From NCBI GenBank assembly GCA_050950505.1, contig JBMNHS010000001.1:32001-96000 (forward strand): a stretch of 64,000 bases of DNA, given 5' to 3'. The position numbers and the translations under genes are program-made. Below are positions 19,940 to 28,730 of the stretch, piece after piece. The notes under the pieces were generated by a model that saw nothing but the letters and a program-made list of their open reading frames with translations, ran no database searches and had not been told where the DNA came from. How positions within the stretch are numbered: the stretch's first letter is position 1; each line of letters begins with the position of its first letter. Source of the DNA: Candidatus Methanomethylophilaceae archaeon. Lineage in GTDB: Archaea > Thermoplasmatota > Thermoplasmata > Methanomassiliicoccales > Methanomethylophilaceae.

Positions 19940-20254
19940 ATGCTAGGATATTACAATACGATGAAATCTAAAGGATTTTCATATAAAACCACGGCTTCGG
20001 TAAGGAAGTTCGAATGTCCGGTATGCGGATTTGAATTTTCTTTGGTGTATGCCAGAACCTTTGCTTGCCAAGGGTGTTCCGAAGCCTCCAAGGGTTGTCC
20101 CAAGGTCAGATGCAATAAGTGCGATCACGAGTTTTACATCAAAGACGTTACGGATGCCAAAGGCAAGAAGAATGAAAGAATTATGGCGGATCACATCTGC
20201 GATATCGTGAACAACCGCCACGAAGATATGGGGCTGTCGAGCTACAACAGGTAA
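19940..20254 (+). CDS. small Cys-rich (Zn-ribbon or Fe-S) protein
   Basis: CPVC..CQGC..GC.KVRCNKC; SD GGAGTG; stop lies 4 nt before the next gene. Confidence 0.75.
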   Translation: MLGYYNTMKSKGFSYKTTASVRKFECPVCGFEFSLVYARTFACQGCSEASKGCPKVRCNKCDHEFYIKDVTDAKGKKNERIMADHICDIVNNRHEDMGLSSYNR

Positions 20255-20258
20255 GACA

Positions 20259-22241
20259 ATGTCTCTCGGACTCGGGCTTGACACCGGCGGAACCTATACG
20301 GACGCAGTCATACTTGATTTGAAACGCGGAAAGGTTGTTCAAAAGGGAAAGGTTCTGACCACCAGACCCGATTTGATTACGGGTATAGGAAAGGTCATCG
20401 ACTCTTTTGACAAGGATTTGTTGCAACCGGTATCCATCGCTTCCCTTTCGACCACCCTTGCAACAAATTCCATCGTCGAAGGTCAAGGCTGCAAAGTGGG
20501 TTTAATCTGCATCGGCCGTGATTTCGACGATACCTTCCTGGCTGACAGATACCTCAGGGTTGACGGAGGGCACAACATAAACGGTAACGAAGTTATTTCA
20601 TTGGACAAAAATTCCATAAGAAATTTTGCCGAGGAAGTCAAAGATGACGTGGACTGTTTCGCAATAACCGGGTATATGAGCGTCAGGAATCCGGATCATG
20701 AATTTGCAGCGGCCGAAATCGTCTCGGAAACCGCAGAGAAACCGATAGTCTGCGGGTACCAGTTGTCCTCGATTCTTGGTTTCAAAGAAAGAACCGTCAC
20801 GGCCGTGATGAATGCCAAACTGATTCCGGTAATAGACAATCTCATTAGATCCGTCGGCAAGGTTCTTGCCGAAAAAGGATTGGACATTCCCATAATGATT
20901 GTCAAAGGAGACGGTTCAATGATGAGCATCGAAACTGCCAAAAAGAGACCGGTGGAAACTATTCTGTCCGGTCCTGCCGCAAGTCTTACAGGTGCCAGAG
21001 AAATGACGGGACTGAACGAAGCCGTTGTCGTCGACATGGGCGGCACCACCACCGACATAGGAATCCTCAGGAACGGTTTTCCATCAATCGACAAAGAGGG
21101 CGCTTTAATCGGATGTTATAAAACTCACGTCATGGCCGCTGAGATTTCGACTACGGGATTGGGCGGCGACAGCCGGGTTTTCCTCAACGGAAGGAAAATG
21201 AAACTCATGTCTTCCCGCGCAGTGCCTCTGTGCATCGCGGCTACCGCCTGGCCGGAAATTCTGGACGATTTGAAAGCCGCTGCGGAAAATATCGAAAAAG
21301 TACGGGAATCCATTGATGACAACCACGCCGTATCGGACATTGAATTCCTTACAGTTACCGGATCCTGCCCCGCCAATCATCTGTCCAGTCTGGATCGCGA
21401 TTTGATGAAATTGATATCGGAAAGACCCTACACGTTGAAGCGGGCGGGCGAACTCCTGGAAACGAACGTTCTGCAGTTTGACGTCCCCAAACTGGAAAAA
21501 AACGGATTGGTGCGGAGGGTGGGATTGACTCCCACGGATGTTCTGCATTCGGAAGGAAGTTACAGAGAGTACGATTACCAAGCTTCCGATTACGGAATCG
21601 AGTATTTTGCCAACCGGACCGGATTGGAAAAAAAGGAAGTCATTGCGAAAATCAAAGATATGGTCTGCAGCAAAATTTCCATGAGCATACTTTCAAAAGT
21701 CATAATGGACGAGACAGGCAGCACAGACTATTGCATGGTAGCCGAGAATCTTTTGGAAAAGGCCGTATCCGGAAACGGAGGAAAGGATTTCTCCTGCAAA
21801 ATCGCGTTGAACAAGCCCATAATAGGAATCGGCGCACCGGTCAATGCCTGGCTCCCTGATGTTTCGAAACGGTTGCACACCGATTTTGTCCCAATGGAAA
21901 ACTCCCAGGTGGGGAATGCGATAGGAGCCGTGTCCGGATGTATTCTGGAATCCATCGATATTCTCATCGAACCCCGAAAGATGAGTTCCTCTTCACAGAG
22001 TTCGTGCACTGCGTATTCAAAACTGGGGCGGTTTGCCTTCGACAGTGTGGACGAAGGGATAGCATATGCCAAATCCGAAGGAGGGAAATTCGTTGAAAAA
22101 TCCGTGATAAAGGCGGGAGCATCTTCGGTCAATGTGGTTTACGACATCAAAGAACGCACCTTCGAACAGGGCAACTCCACGGCGGTCATTGACATCGTGG
22201 TGTCGGTCACCGCCACGGGAAAGCCGAGACAGATGATCTGA
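20259..22241 (+). CDS. hydantoinase/oxoprolinase-A family (ASKHA-fold) protein
   Basis: GLDTGGTYTDA, STTLATN, RNPDHE, ER.VTAVMNA, SGPAAS, DMGGTTTD, GLGGDS, NAIGA. Confidence 0.88.
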   Translation: MSLGLGLDTGGTYTDAVILDLKRGKVVQKGKVLTTRPDLITGIGKVIDSFDKDLLQPVSIASLSTTLATNSIVEGQGCKVGLICIGRDFDDTFLADRYLRVDGGHNINGNEVISLDKNSIRNFAEEVKDDVDCFAITGYMSVRNPDHEFAAAEIVSETAEKPIVCGYQLSSILGFKERTVTAVMNAKLIPVIDNLIRSVGKVLAEKGLDIPIMIVKGDGSMMSIETAKKRPVETILSGPAASLTGAREMTGLNEAVVVDMGGTTTDIGILRNGFPSIDKEGALIGCYKTHVMAAEISTTGLGGDSRVFLNGRKMKLMSSRAVPLCIAATAWPEILDDLKAAAENIEKVRESIDDNHAVSDIEFLTVTGSCPANHLSSLDRDLMKLISERPYTLKRAGELLETNVLQFDVPKLEKNGLVRRVGLTPTDVLHSEGSYREYDYQASDYGIEYFANRTGLEKKEVIAKIKDMVCSKISMSILSKVIMDETGSTDYCMVAENLLEKAVSGNGGKDFSCKIALNKPIIGIGAPVNAWLPDVSKRLHTDFVPMENSQVGNAIGAVSGCILESIDILIEPRKMSSSSQSSCTAYSKLGRFAFDSVDEGIAYAKSEGGKFVEKSVIKAGASSVNVVYDIKERTFEQGNSTAVIDIVVSVTATGKPRQMI

Positions 22242-22283
22242 TCCCTTTTTTATTCGAATCTTAAAAGAGAAAGGTCAAGGGAA

Positions 22284-24176
22284 TCAGTTCCAGGATACGG
22301 AATAATCCGACGGGGGGATTGTGATGCGCAGTTCCAGACCTTCTCCGTAGTTCCCTCTTTCCTCCAATATAAATCCCTCGGCATTCAACATATTTATGGC
22401 TATGAACAGCCTCTTTCCGAATTCCGTGCTTTCTCCCGCGATGAAGGCTTCTTTCTTGTCATTCGGAATCCCTTTGGTGTTGTCGGAATAGACGATAATC
22501 AGATTTCCCGATACAAGCTCGCATTTCACGGATATTCTGGGCTCCTGTTCCGAGTTTGCTTTCGAGTATCTCATGATTTCCGTAAAAATCTTGTATGTGT
22601 CCGGATCTGTCACTATTTTCACGCCTCTGGCTCTGAGTTCGAAATTTTCTTCGCCGATGCCACTTTCCTCGGAAGCTTTTTTCAGCAATTCTTCCAAATC
22701 AAGCCATACCGGCTCCGATAGGTTCCGGTCATGATATTTTCCGATAAAAACCACCATTTCATACAAACGGTTCACTTTTTCCAGGATTGTTGAATTGTCG
22801 CAATCGGATTTTTTCATTAAATCCGTCTGAATTTCAGACAAAATTTCCTTTATTTTGGCACCTATGAGCTTGTCTATCCTGCCGATTCTTTTTGCAAGGG
22901 CAGAAATCTGACGTTTTTCCGCAGTATCTAGTATCTTATCGATAACCACTATGTATTCCGGGGCGGTGTTTTTTCTGCTTTCGGACACTTTTATCCTGAA
23001 CGCGGTGTTTTTTCCGTCGATTCTTACGCTGTGTTCAGATTCAATGTTCGAATCCGAGACTTTTGCCTTCTCGACGTCCTTGATTATGACGGCGGACAAA
23101 TCGTCAGTGTTGTTCAGAAGAGACATTGTGGGGGAATTCGTATGCCCGTACGAAATAAGGGATTGGACGTGTTTGTTTATAGCCATCACAGTAAAGCTAT
23201 CATCCAATATCATGATGCCGACAGGAATATCGTGAAACAGGTTTATGATTTCCTGTCGGTCTCTTTCCAGTTTGCCCTCCTGCATTTTTTCATGATGTAC
23301 CGAAATCATGCCGTTCATAAGCGTTGTGAATTGCATCACGTCATCGGATGTGTATTCCGTGCTTTTGTTTCCCAATCCCGCGGTGGCCATGATTTTGCCG
23401 TTGTAGTATATGGGAATCATCAACAGTCTGTTCAGTTGAACGTGTCCGACGGGAATTCCGGACTTGGGATATCTTTTTTCATCCTGATAGCTGTTGACGA
23501 TTATGGGTTTGCCCCGGCGTATGGGCTCCCCCCAAATGCCGGCGGTGTCAAAATCATATGTGACCTGTTGAGATTCCATTTTGCACTGTTCCAGTCCAGC
23601 TTTGGACCATGCCGCCATTTCCAATCTGTTTTCGGCTTCTTTGTACATTGCAATATAACCTATCGCACTTTTCGTCAATGCAACGGACTCTTCGAGGACG
23701 TAATCCAGAATTATACTGAAATTTCTATCCTTCATGGTTGACAGAGTGATGAGTGTGTCTGCCCTGCGATTTTTGATTTCTCTGACTTCTTCGGCCCTCA
23801 GACGCTCAGTGCAGGATACTATTTTCGGCACCAGTTTCATGAAAAAGCTCAAAGTGTTTTTCCGTACCATGTAATAATCCATCCCCAGCTCTGACGCTTC
23901 GAGTGCCGCCTCTCCGTCAACTTCGCGGGTGACAATGATGAACGGGCGCAGATCGTTAATTCTGCTCATTTCGTTAAAAATTTCAAAGGCGTCTATCTCC
24001 GGAGGGTTGTGATCGCAGACCACGACGTCTACCCTCATATGGGATTTCAGAACGTCCTTTAACCTGGACGGATTGTTGAGCGTTTCGACTCTTATTTTGT
24101 CGTTGATGTTGGGTATGAATTCCATTGACTGCGAAAGGAATCTGGAATCGTCACTCAGTATCAACACGCCGTACAT
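22284..24176 (-). CDS. receiver-GAF-PAS-degenerate HATPase signalling protein
   Basis: VDVVVCD receiver; GAF (GIWGEPIRRGKPIIVN..P.GH..L.R.LMIP); eroded kinase boxes; start 24176 or 24191. Confidence 0.75.
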   Translation of the reverse strand: MYGVLILSDDSRFLSQSMEFIPNINDKIRVETLNNPSRLKDVLKSHMRVDVVVCDHNPPEIDAFEIFNEMSRINDLRPFIIVTREVDGEAALEASELGMDYYMVRKNTLSFFMKLVPKIVSCTERLRAEEVREIKNRRADTLITLSTMKDRNFSIILDYVLEESVALTKSAIGYIAMYKEAENRLEMAAWSKAGLEQCKMESQQVTYDFDTAGIWGEPIRRGKPIIVNSYQDEKRYPKSGIPVGHVQLNRLLMIPIYYNGKIMATAGLGNKSTEYTSDDVMQFTTLMNGMISVHHEKMQEGKLERDRQEIINLFHDIPVGIMILDDSFTVMAINKHVQSLISYGHTNSPTMSLLNNTDDLSAVIIKDVEKAKVSDSNIESEHSVRIDGKNTAFRIKVSESRKNTAPEYIVVIDKILDTAEKRQISALAKRIGRIDKLIGAKIKEILSEIQTDLMKKSDCDNSTILEKVNRLYEMVVFIGKYHDRNLSEPVWLDLEELLKKASEESGIGEENFELRARGVKIVTDPDTYKIFTEIMRYSKANSEQEPRISVKCELVSGNLIIVYSDNTKGIPNDKKEAFIAGESTEFGKRLFIAINMLNAEGFILEERGNYGEGLELRITIPPSDYSVSWN

Positions 24177-24287
24177 TTGAACCTGATACATATATCGAGT
24201 TTATAACAACTTGCAGTGACTAATATTTATCCCACATACTGGCTCTTGCAGAGGTTTTTATATGAAGAATGTGAAAAAATAAAAGAA

Positions 24288-24305
24288 TCCCGGCGGATGC
24301 CGGGA
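24288..24305 (-). terminator. hairpin plus U-tract after acd
   Basis: TCCCGGC-GGAT-GCCGGGA, followed on the minus strand by TTCTTTTATTTTTT. Confidence 0.6.
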
Positions 24306-24313
24306 AATGAGTT

Positions 24314-26407
24314 TCAAAGCAATGTGCAGAGAGCGTCGACGGCCCAACAGCCCTTGCCCTTCTTGTCGACCATGACCGGGTTGATTTCCAGTTCATGAAT
24401 CTCAGGGTTTTCAAGGGCTATGAGAGCAATTCTCTTGACAACTTCCTTAATCGCATCGATATCCGCAGGTTCGGTGCCCCTGGCACCCGAAAGAAGGGTG
24501 TATGCCTTTGTGGATTCGATCATCCGGTTCATCTGCTCTTCGGTCATGGTCGCGTGAGCCTGTGAAATCTCCGCCATGATCTCGACGAATATTCCTCCGA
24601 GACCGAAAGACACTATGGGACCGAACTGCTCGTCACGGATCATGGACAGAATGACTTCCTCTCCGGAAACCATCTGCTGCACGGAGACTCCGTCCAATCT
24701 TGCGTCGGGTACGGCGTTCTTGCAGGAAGCCATGATCTTTTCGTAAGCCTCTTTGGCTTCCTGATCGTTCTTGACTCCGACCACCACTCCGCCGACATCC
24801 GTCTTGTGCGCTATGTCGGGAGACAGAATCTTCATTACCACGGGATAGCCCATTTTCGAGCTTTCCTTTACCGCGTCCTCCGCGGTTATGACGGAAGCTT
24901 CTCCGGGAATGGGTATTCCGTAAGCCTGGAAAATCTTCTTGCCTTCGTTTTCGGTAAGGGTCTTTCTGTTTTCCTTCTTGGCGTCTTTGATGATTTCCGA
25001 TACCGTTTCCCTTCCGTTTTTGATCTTAGGGAACTTGATCGGAGTCTTGGGAATTTCTCCGCGGACGGTGAATCCTCTGAGAATGTCCAAAGCGCGCACG
25101 GCCCTGTCGGGTGTGGGGAAAGCGGGGATTTTGCCTTCTCTGAGGATGTCCACCGCAAGTTCGCACTTGGAACCGCCGGCGAAACAGACCGTGACGGGCA
25201 CGGGTATGTCGTCCCTCATTTCCACAAGCATTTCCGCCACCGCTTCAAGATCCGCAAAGTCCAGAGGCGAACCCATTATGACGATTCCGCCCACGCTTTC
25301 GTCTTTCAGAACAGCCTCGATTGCCGCCTTGAAGTATTCCGCCTTGGCGTCACCCCTCACGTCAATGGGGTTGGTAAGGCCGGCAAGGGTGGGAACGGTT
25401 TCCGTCAGAAGTTTGATTGTGCCGTCGGTGAGCTTTGCGGCTTCGACGTATTTGGCGTCGTGAGCGGCGTCCGCCGACATGACCCCCAATCCTCCGGCAT
25501 TGGTTATGATTGCTATGCCGTTCTTTTTCATGGGGCTGCAGGTGCTCAGAACACTGATTGCGTCAAAGAATTCATCGGCGTCTTTCGCTCTGTGGATGTT
25601 CAGTTTGTTGAAGATAACGTCATAGACTGAATCCGCACCGGCAAGAGAACCCGTGTGGGAAGATGCCGCCAGAGATCCGGCTTCGGTCCTTCCGGACTTG
25701 AACGCCACCAGGGGCTTGAGTTTGTCTATGCCCTCCAGAGCTTCCAAAAGCTCCGCGCCGTCGGTGATGCCTTCGATGTACATACCGATGACTTTGGTGT
25801 CTTTGTCATCGTTGAAATAAGGAATCATGTCCGACTCGCTCATGTCGCACTTGTTGCCGTAAGTCACAAACTTCGCTATGCCGAGTTTCTGACCGATGGC
25901 CCAGTCAATGATTGAAGATGCGAAAGCGCCCGACTGCGACATCATGGACACGTTTCCGACTCTGGGCATGTGATATGAGAATGTGGTGTTGACCTTCGCT
26001 TTGGGATTCAGAACGCCGAAACTGTTGGGTCCGAATATTCGGACTCCGTATTTCTTTCCGGCTTCCACAAGTTCGTTCTCGAGAATCTCGCCTTCGGGTC
26101 CGGATTCTTTGAATCCCGCGGTAAGGATACTTGCGTATTTCGTACCGGCTTTGCCCACTTTCTCGATCTCGGCGATTACGAACTTCGCAGGGACCGCGAT
26201 AACGGCCAAATCGACGGCTTTGCCGATTTCTTCAAACGAAGTGTATGCTTTCACGCCCTGTATGGTTCCGCCTCTCGGATTTACAGGGTACAACTCACCT
26301 TCGAAACCTGCGTAAATCATATTTTTAAGCAGCATTCCGCCTAGTTTTGTCTCGTCGGTGGACGCACCTATGATGGCCACCGAGTTGGGACTGAGGAAAT
26401 CACTCAT
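24314..26407 (-). CDS. acd: ADP-forming acetate--CoA ligase, fused alpha+beta
   Basis: SVAIIGAS, GPNSFG, SQSG, KSGRT..G..AASSHTG, TNAGG.G, NPIDV, ATP-grasp HKTDVGGV and ELEINP. Confidence 0.92.
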   Translation of the reverse strand: MSDFLSPNSVAIIGASTDETKLGGMLLKNMIYAGFEGELYPVNPRGGTIQGVKAYTSFEEIGKAVDLAVIAVPAKFVIAEIEKVGKAGTKYASILTAGFKESGPEGEILENELVEAGKKYGVRIFGPNSFGVLNPKAKVNTTFSYHMPRVGNVSMMSQSGAFASSIIDWAIGQKLGIAKFVTYGNKCDMSESDMIPYFNDDKDTKVIGMYIEGITDGAELLEALEGIDKLKPLVAFKSGRTEAGSLAASSHTGSLAGADSVYDVIFNKLNIHRAKDADEFFDAISVLSTCSPMKKNGIAIITNAGGLGVMSADAAHDAKYVEAAKLTDGTIKLLTETVPTLAGLTNPIDVRGDAKAEYFKAAIEAVLKDESVGGIVIMGSPLDFADLEAVAEMLVEMRDDIPVPVTVCFAGGSKCELAVDILREGKIPAFPTPDRAVRALDILRGFTVRGEIPKTPIKFPKIKNGRETVSEIIKDAKKENRKTLTENEGKKIFQAYGIPIPGEASVITAEDAVKESSKMGYPVVMKILSPDIAHKTDVGGVVVGVKNDQEAKEAYEKIMASCKNAVPDARLDGVSVQQMVSGEEVILSMIRDEQFGPIVSFGLGGIFVEIMAEISQAHATMTEEQMNRMIESTKAYTLLSGARGTEPADIDAIKEVVKRIALIALENPEIHELEINPVMVDKKGKGCWAVDALCTLL

Positions 26408-26566
26408 AGGGGGGTAAAAAATTTTGTTGTTCATATAAGTTCCTATATTAATCGTCGTAATCTTCGAGTTTCGGCGTATATTATGCGAATATCGTAGAAA
26501 AAAGCATGTTTTTTTGAAGATTTAATAAATTTTTTCGACAAATGATGTATATTTCGTAGTTTAACG

Positions 26567-26597
26567 TCATTCAACGCAATCAACTTTCGTTGAATGA
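26567..26597. repeat. perfect 10-bp inverted repeat TCATTCAACG-N11-CGTTGAATGA
   Basis: read directly in the AT-rich region upstream of acd. Confidence 0.7.
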
Positions 26598-26693
26598 TAT
26601 AATAAACCTGCGTTAATCGGTACGAAATCCGCATCCGTCACAGATTTCAACAGGAGATTTTGCGACGGTTCGTTCCGCCGTGCTCCGGAACAG

Positions 26694-26704
26694 TTCATAT
26701 ATAC
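26694..26704 (+). promoter_or_regulatory. TATA box (TTCATATATAC) for the candidate ncRNA
   Basis: same ATATATAC core and ~21-22 nt spacing as the 5S rRNA promoter in this window. Confidence 0.55.
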
Positions 26705-26724
26705 GCCCGTGCAATACGAATATC

Positions 26725-26920
26725 GGACCGGATTGGCGTAAGGGCGGGATTCGTGAACGCCATGTGCACGATCCGGGCAATAGCGACCCTGTACCTTAAT
26801 TGGGAACTCGCGGGAGATGCGATGTGTCATCGTTTGCCGTGACCGGGAGACAACGCAGGGTTCGACACACACCCCCGACGTAAGTCAGTGCTTCGAGATC
26901 GGCGATCCGCCGGACTGTGA
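26725..26920 (+). ncRNA. candidate unassigned structured RNA
   Basis: GC-rich island with its own TATA, several nested helices, a possible pseudoknot and a GNRA hairpin; no credible ORF. Confidence 0.55.
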
Positions 26921-26931
26921 AAAAGTTTGTT

Positions 26932-26962
26932 AGCGCCCGGGGGACACTGTCCCCCGAACGCT
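26932..26962. terminator. hairpin between the candidate ncRNA and the convergent metallohydrolase gene
   Basis: AGCG..CGGGGGAC-ACT-GTCCCCCG..CGCT. Confidence 0.6.
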
Positions 26963-26980
26963 GTTGGGGTTTGGGTTATC

Positions 26981-27658
26981 TCAGAGACACATGCAGAGTT
27001 TTCTGAGCCATGCTTCCGCTTCGTTTTGTCTCGGATACAGAGCTTCCAACTCGGCGAATTCCTTTTGGTTTCTTTCCGTTGTGGGATTGAAACCCATGAT
27101 TGTGTGACACAGTTCGTGATACATCACGTAGTCCGTCACGAAATCGGGAATTTCCGGATTGTCCAATGCCGATGACAATGAAACGACCTTCATGAGAACG
27201 GAACAGTGTCCGACCTTTCTGATGCTCGGTTCCCTCGTCCACGACAGGAACATGTCCGGATCTTTTTCGACCAGACCTGCGTCTATCAATCTGTTGTAGG
27301 AATCCGTCAGGTTCCTGTGTTCGCCTTCCGGCGACCTGGTTATGTTTCTGCTCCTTCTGAGATAGATGGGCTGCTTCGTCCTTGCGAACTCGGGCGCTGT
27401 GACCCAATCGCACATTTCTTCCGAAAAAGACGTCTCGTCCCTGATGCAGATCCTTGTGAACAGGGTTTCTGCAAGGCCTTCGATCACTCTTCCGGGGGCA
27501 TCGGACAAGTAATCCGACACTTTGAAGTCGGCCCACTTGTAGGAACGTTGCCAACGGACCTTGAAGTCTTTGTAGGCCGTGAACTCGGCGGCCACTGCGT
27601 CATATTTGTATTTTTTTCCTATATTTCTGAATATTTCCTGGAGTTCTGTGTTGTCCAT
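26981..27658 (-). CDS. YgjP/DUF45-like zincin metallohydrolase
   Basis: W..........G.C, P.FV.DYVMYHELCH (HExxH); SD GGAGG. Confidence 0.75.
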   Translation of the reverse strand: MDNTELQEIFRNIGKKYKYDAVAAEFTAYKDFKVRWQRSYKWADFKVSDYLSDAPGRVIEGLAETLFTRICIRDETSFSEEMCDWVTAPEFARTKQPIYLRRSRNITRSPEGEHRNLTDSYNRLIDAGLVEKDPDMFLSWTREPSIRKVGHCSVLMKVVSLSSALDNPEIPDFVTDYVMYHELCHTIMGFNPTTERNQKEFAELEALYPRQNEAEAWLRKLCMCL

Positions 27659-27787
27659 AGGTATTCCTCCTGGCCTTTTTACGGGCCCGGGGGAATATCC
27701 GCCGAGCTGAGCCTTATTAACAGAATGATACAGTTAGACTATCGATTATACGACAGATATTTTTAAGATAACTGTTTCTGTAGGAGC

Positions 27788-28171
27788 ATGGAAGAAGATC
27801 CCAGACAGCGGGAACTCACTGAGAAAATACTCGCTGCCATCAAAAAAGAATACGGATTCATACCTCTTATCAACCAGGTTCTGGCCGAGCGTCCGGATCT
27901 GTTCGTGCCCGCCGCAAATCTCGGCCGGGCCGCCGTCGAAGGCAGAGGCGTTATGGAGAAGAAAACCAGATACCTCTGCGCTCTGGCTGCCGCGTCCGCG
28001 GAAGGCGCCGAACACTGCATAAGAGTTCAGGTCGAACATGCCATGAGGGAAGGCGCCACCAAAGACGAGATTCTCGAGGCCATGGTAATAGGGTCCTACA
28101 TGTCGATGACGAAAGCCCAATCCTACGCGTTCAGGGAATACGCCAAGATATTCAACTTGAATACGGAATAA
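27788..28171 (+). CDS. carboxymuconolactone decarboxylase (AhpD-like) family protein
   Basis: YGFIP, K.RYL.ALAAA....HC..VQ...AM.EGATKDEI.EA. Confidence 0.8.
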   Translation: MEEDPRQRELTEKILAAIKKEYGFIPLINQVLAERPDLFVPAANLGRAAVEGRGVMEKKTRYLCALAAASAEGAEHCIRVQVEHAMREGATKDEILEAMVIGSYMSMTKAQSYAFREYAKIFNLNTE

Positions 28172-28234
28172 GTAACAATAGTTAAGTATAATGAATAATT
28201 TATATACCTTAAATACAACAGAGGCGTGATACAA

Positions 28235-28558
28235 ATGGTAAAAATAACACCCGAAGCAGAGAAGTTCATTGTTGAACTTCTTGAAAAGAACAACAAGCAG
28301 AACCACGGCATCAAGATTTACCTTTCGGGTTTCGGATGCTCCGGACCCCAGTTCGGAATGTCCTTCCAGGAAACCGAGTCCGAAGGGGACATCGTCGACA
28401 CCGTTTCCGATGCGTTCAAAATATTCTATGACGAAGAAACCGCGGGACCCCTCGGGAACTGCGTCATCGAGTTCATAGACGATCCGAACTTCGGCACCGG
28501 CCTCACCATACGTGACCCCGACGCAGTGATGAACTGTTCATCCTGCTCCGGCTGCTGA
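28235..28558 (+). CDS. HesB/IscA-like Fe-S carrier protein
   Basis: KIT.EA, GFGCSGPQFGM, C-terminal CSSCSGC. Confidence 0.75.
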   Translation: MVKITPEAEKFIVELLEKNNKQNHGIKIYLSGFGCSGPQFGMSFQETESEGDIVDTVSDAFKIFYDEETAGPLGNCVIEFIDDPNFGTGLTIRDPDAVMNCSSCSGC

Positions 28559-28644
28559 GTCCGTAGAACACAACGGACAAACTCCATTGCGGGCGCCCGC
28601 TCATCACCCGGACGCCCGCTCTTATTTCTTCATTTTCAACTTTG

Positions 28645-28667
28645 CACACACACACATACACACACAC
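28645..28667. repeat. (CA)n dinucleotide tract
   Basis: CACACACACACATACACACACAC, flanked by TGCAC/GTGCA. Confidence 0.8.
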
Positions 28668-28730
28668 CGGTGCACTTTCGGCCATCCCCCTGTTACCCTT
28701 TTATTCTAAGCCTTCTTATTCACTGACGGA

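Noticed and set aside
26790-26860. Resemblance to a cobalamin riboswitch (TTAATTGGGAA ... CCGGGAGAC)
   Set aside because: It lacks the CCCGC.ACTGT and GCCACTG elements, and no same-strand gene lies downstream.
26844-26880. GGGTTCGAC resembling a tRNA (including tRNA-Pyl) T-arm
   Set aside because: There is no T-stem pairing, no anticodon arm with CTA, and no acceptor stem.
28550-28600. HesB-like gene ending Cys-TGA followed by a hairpin, suggesting selenocysteine read-through
   Set aside because: TGA is the dominant stop here, the usual Sec position (GCSG) is already Cys, and there is no convincing archaeal SECIS.
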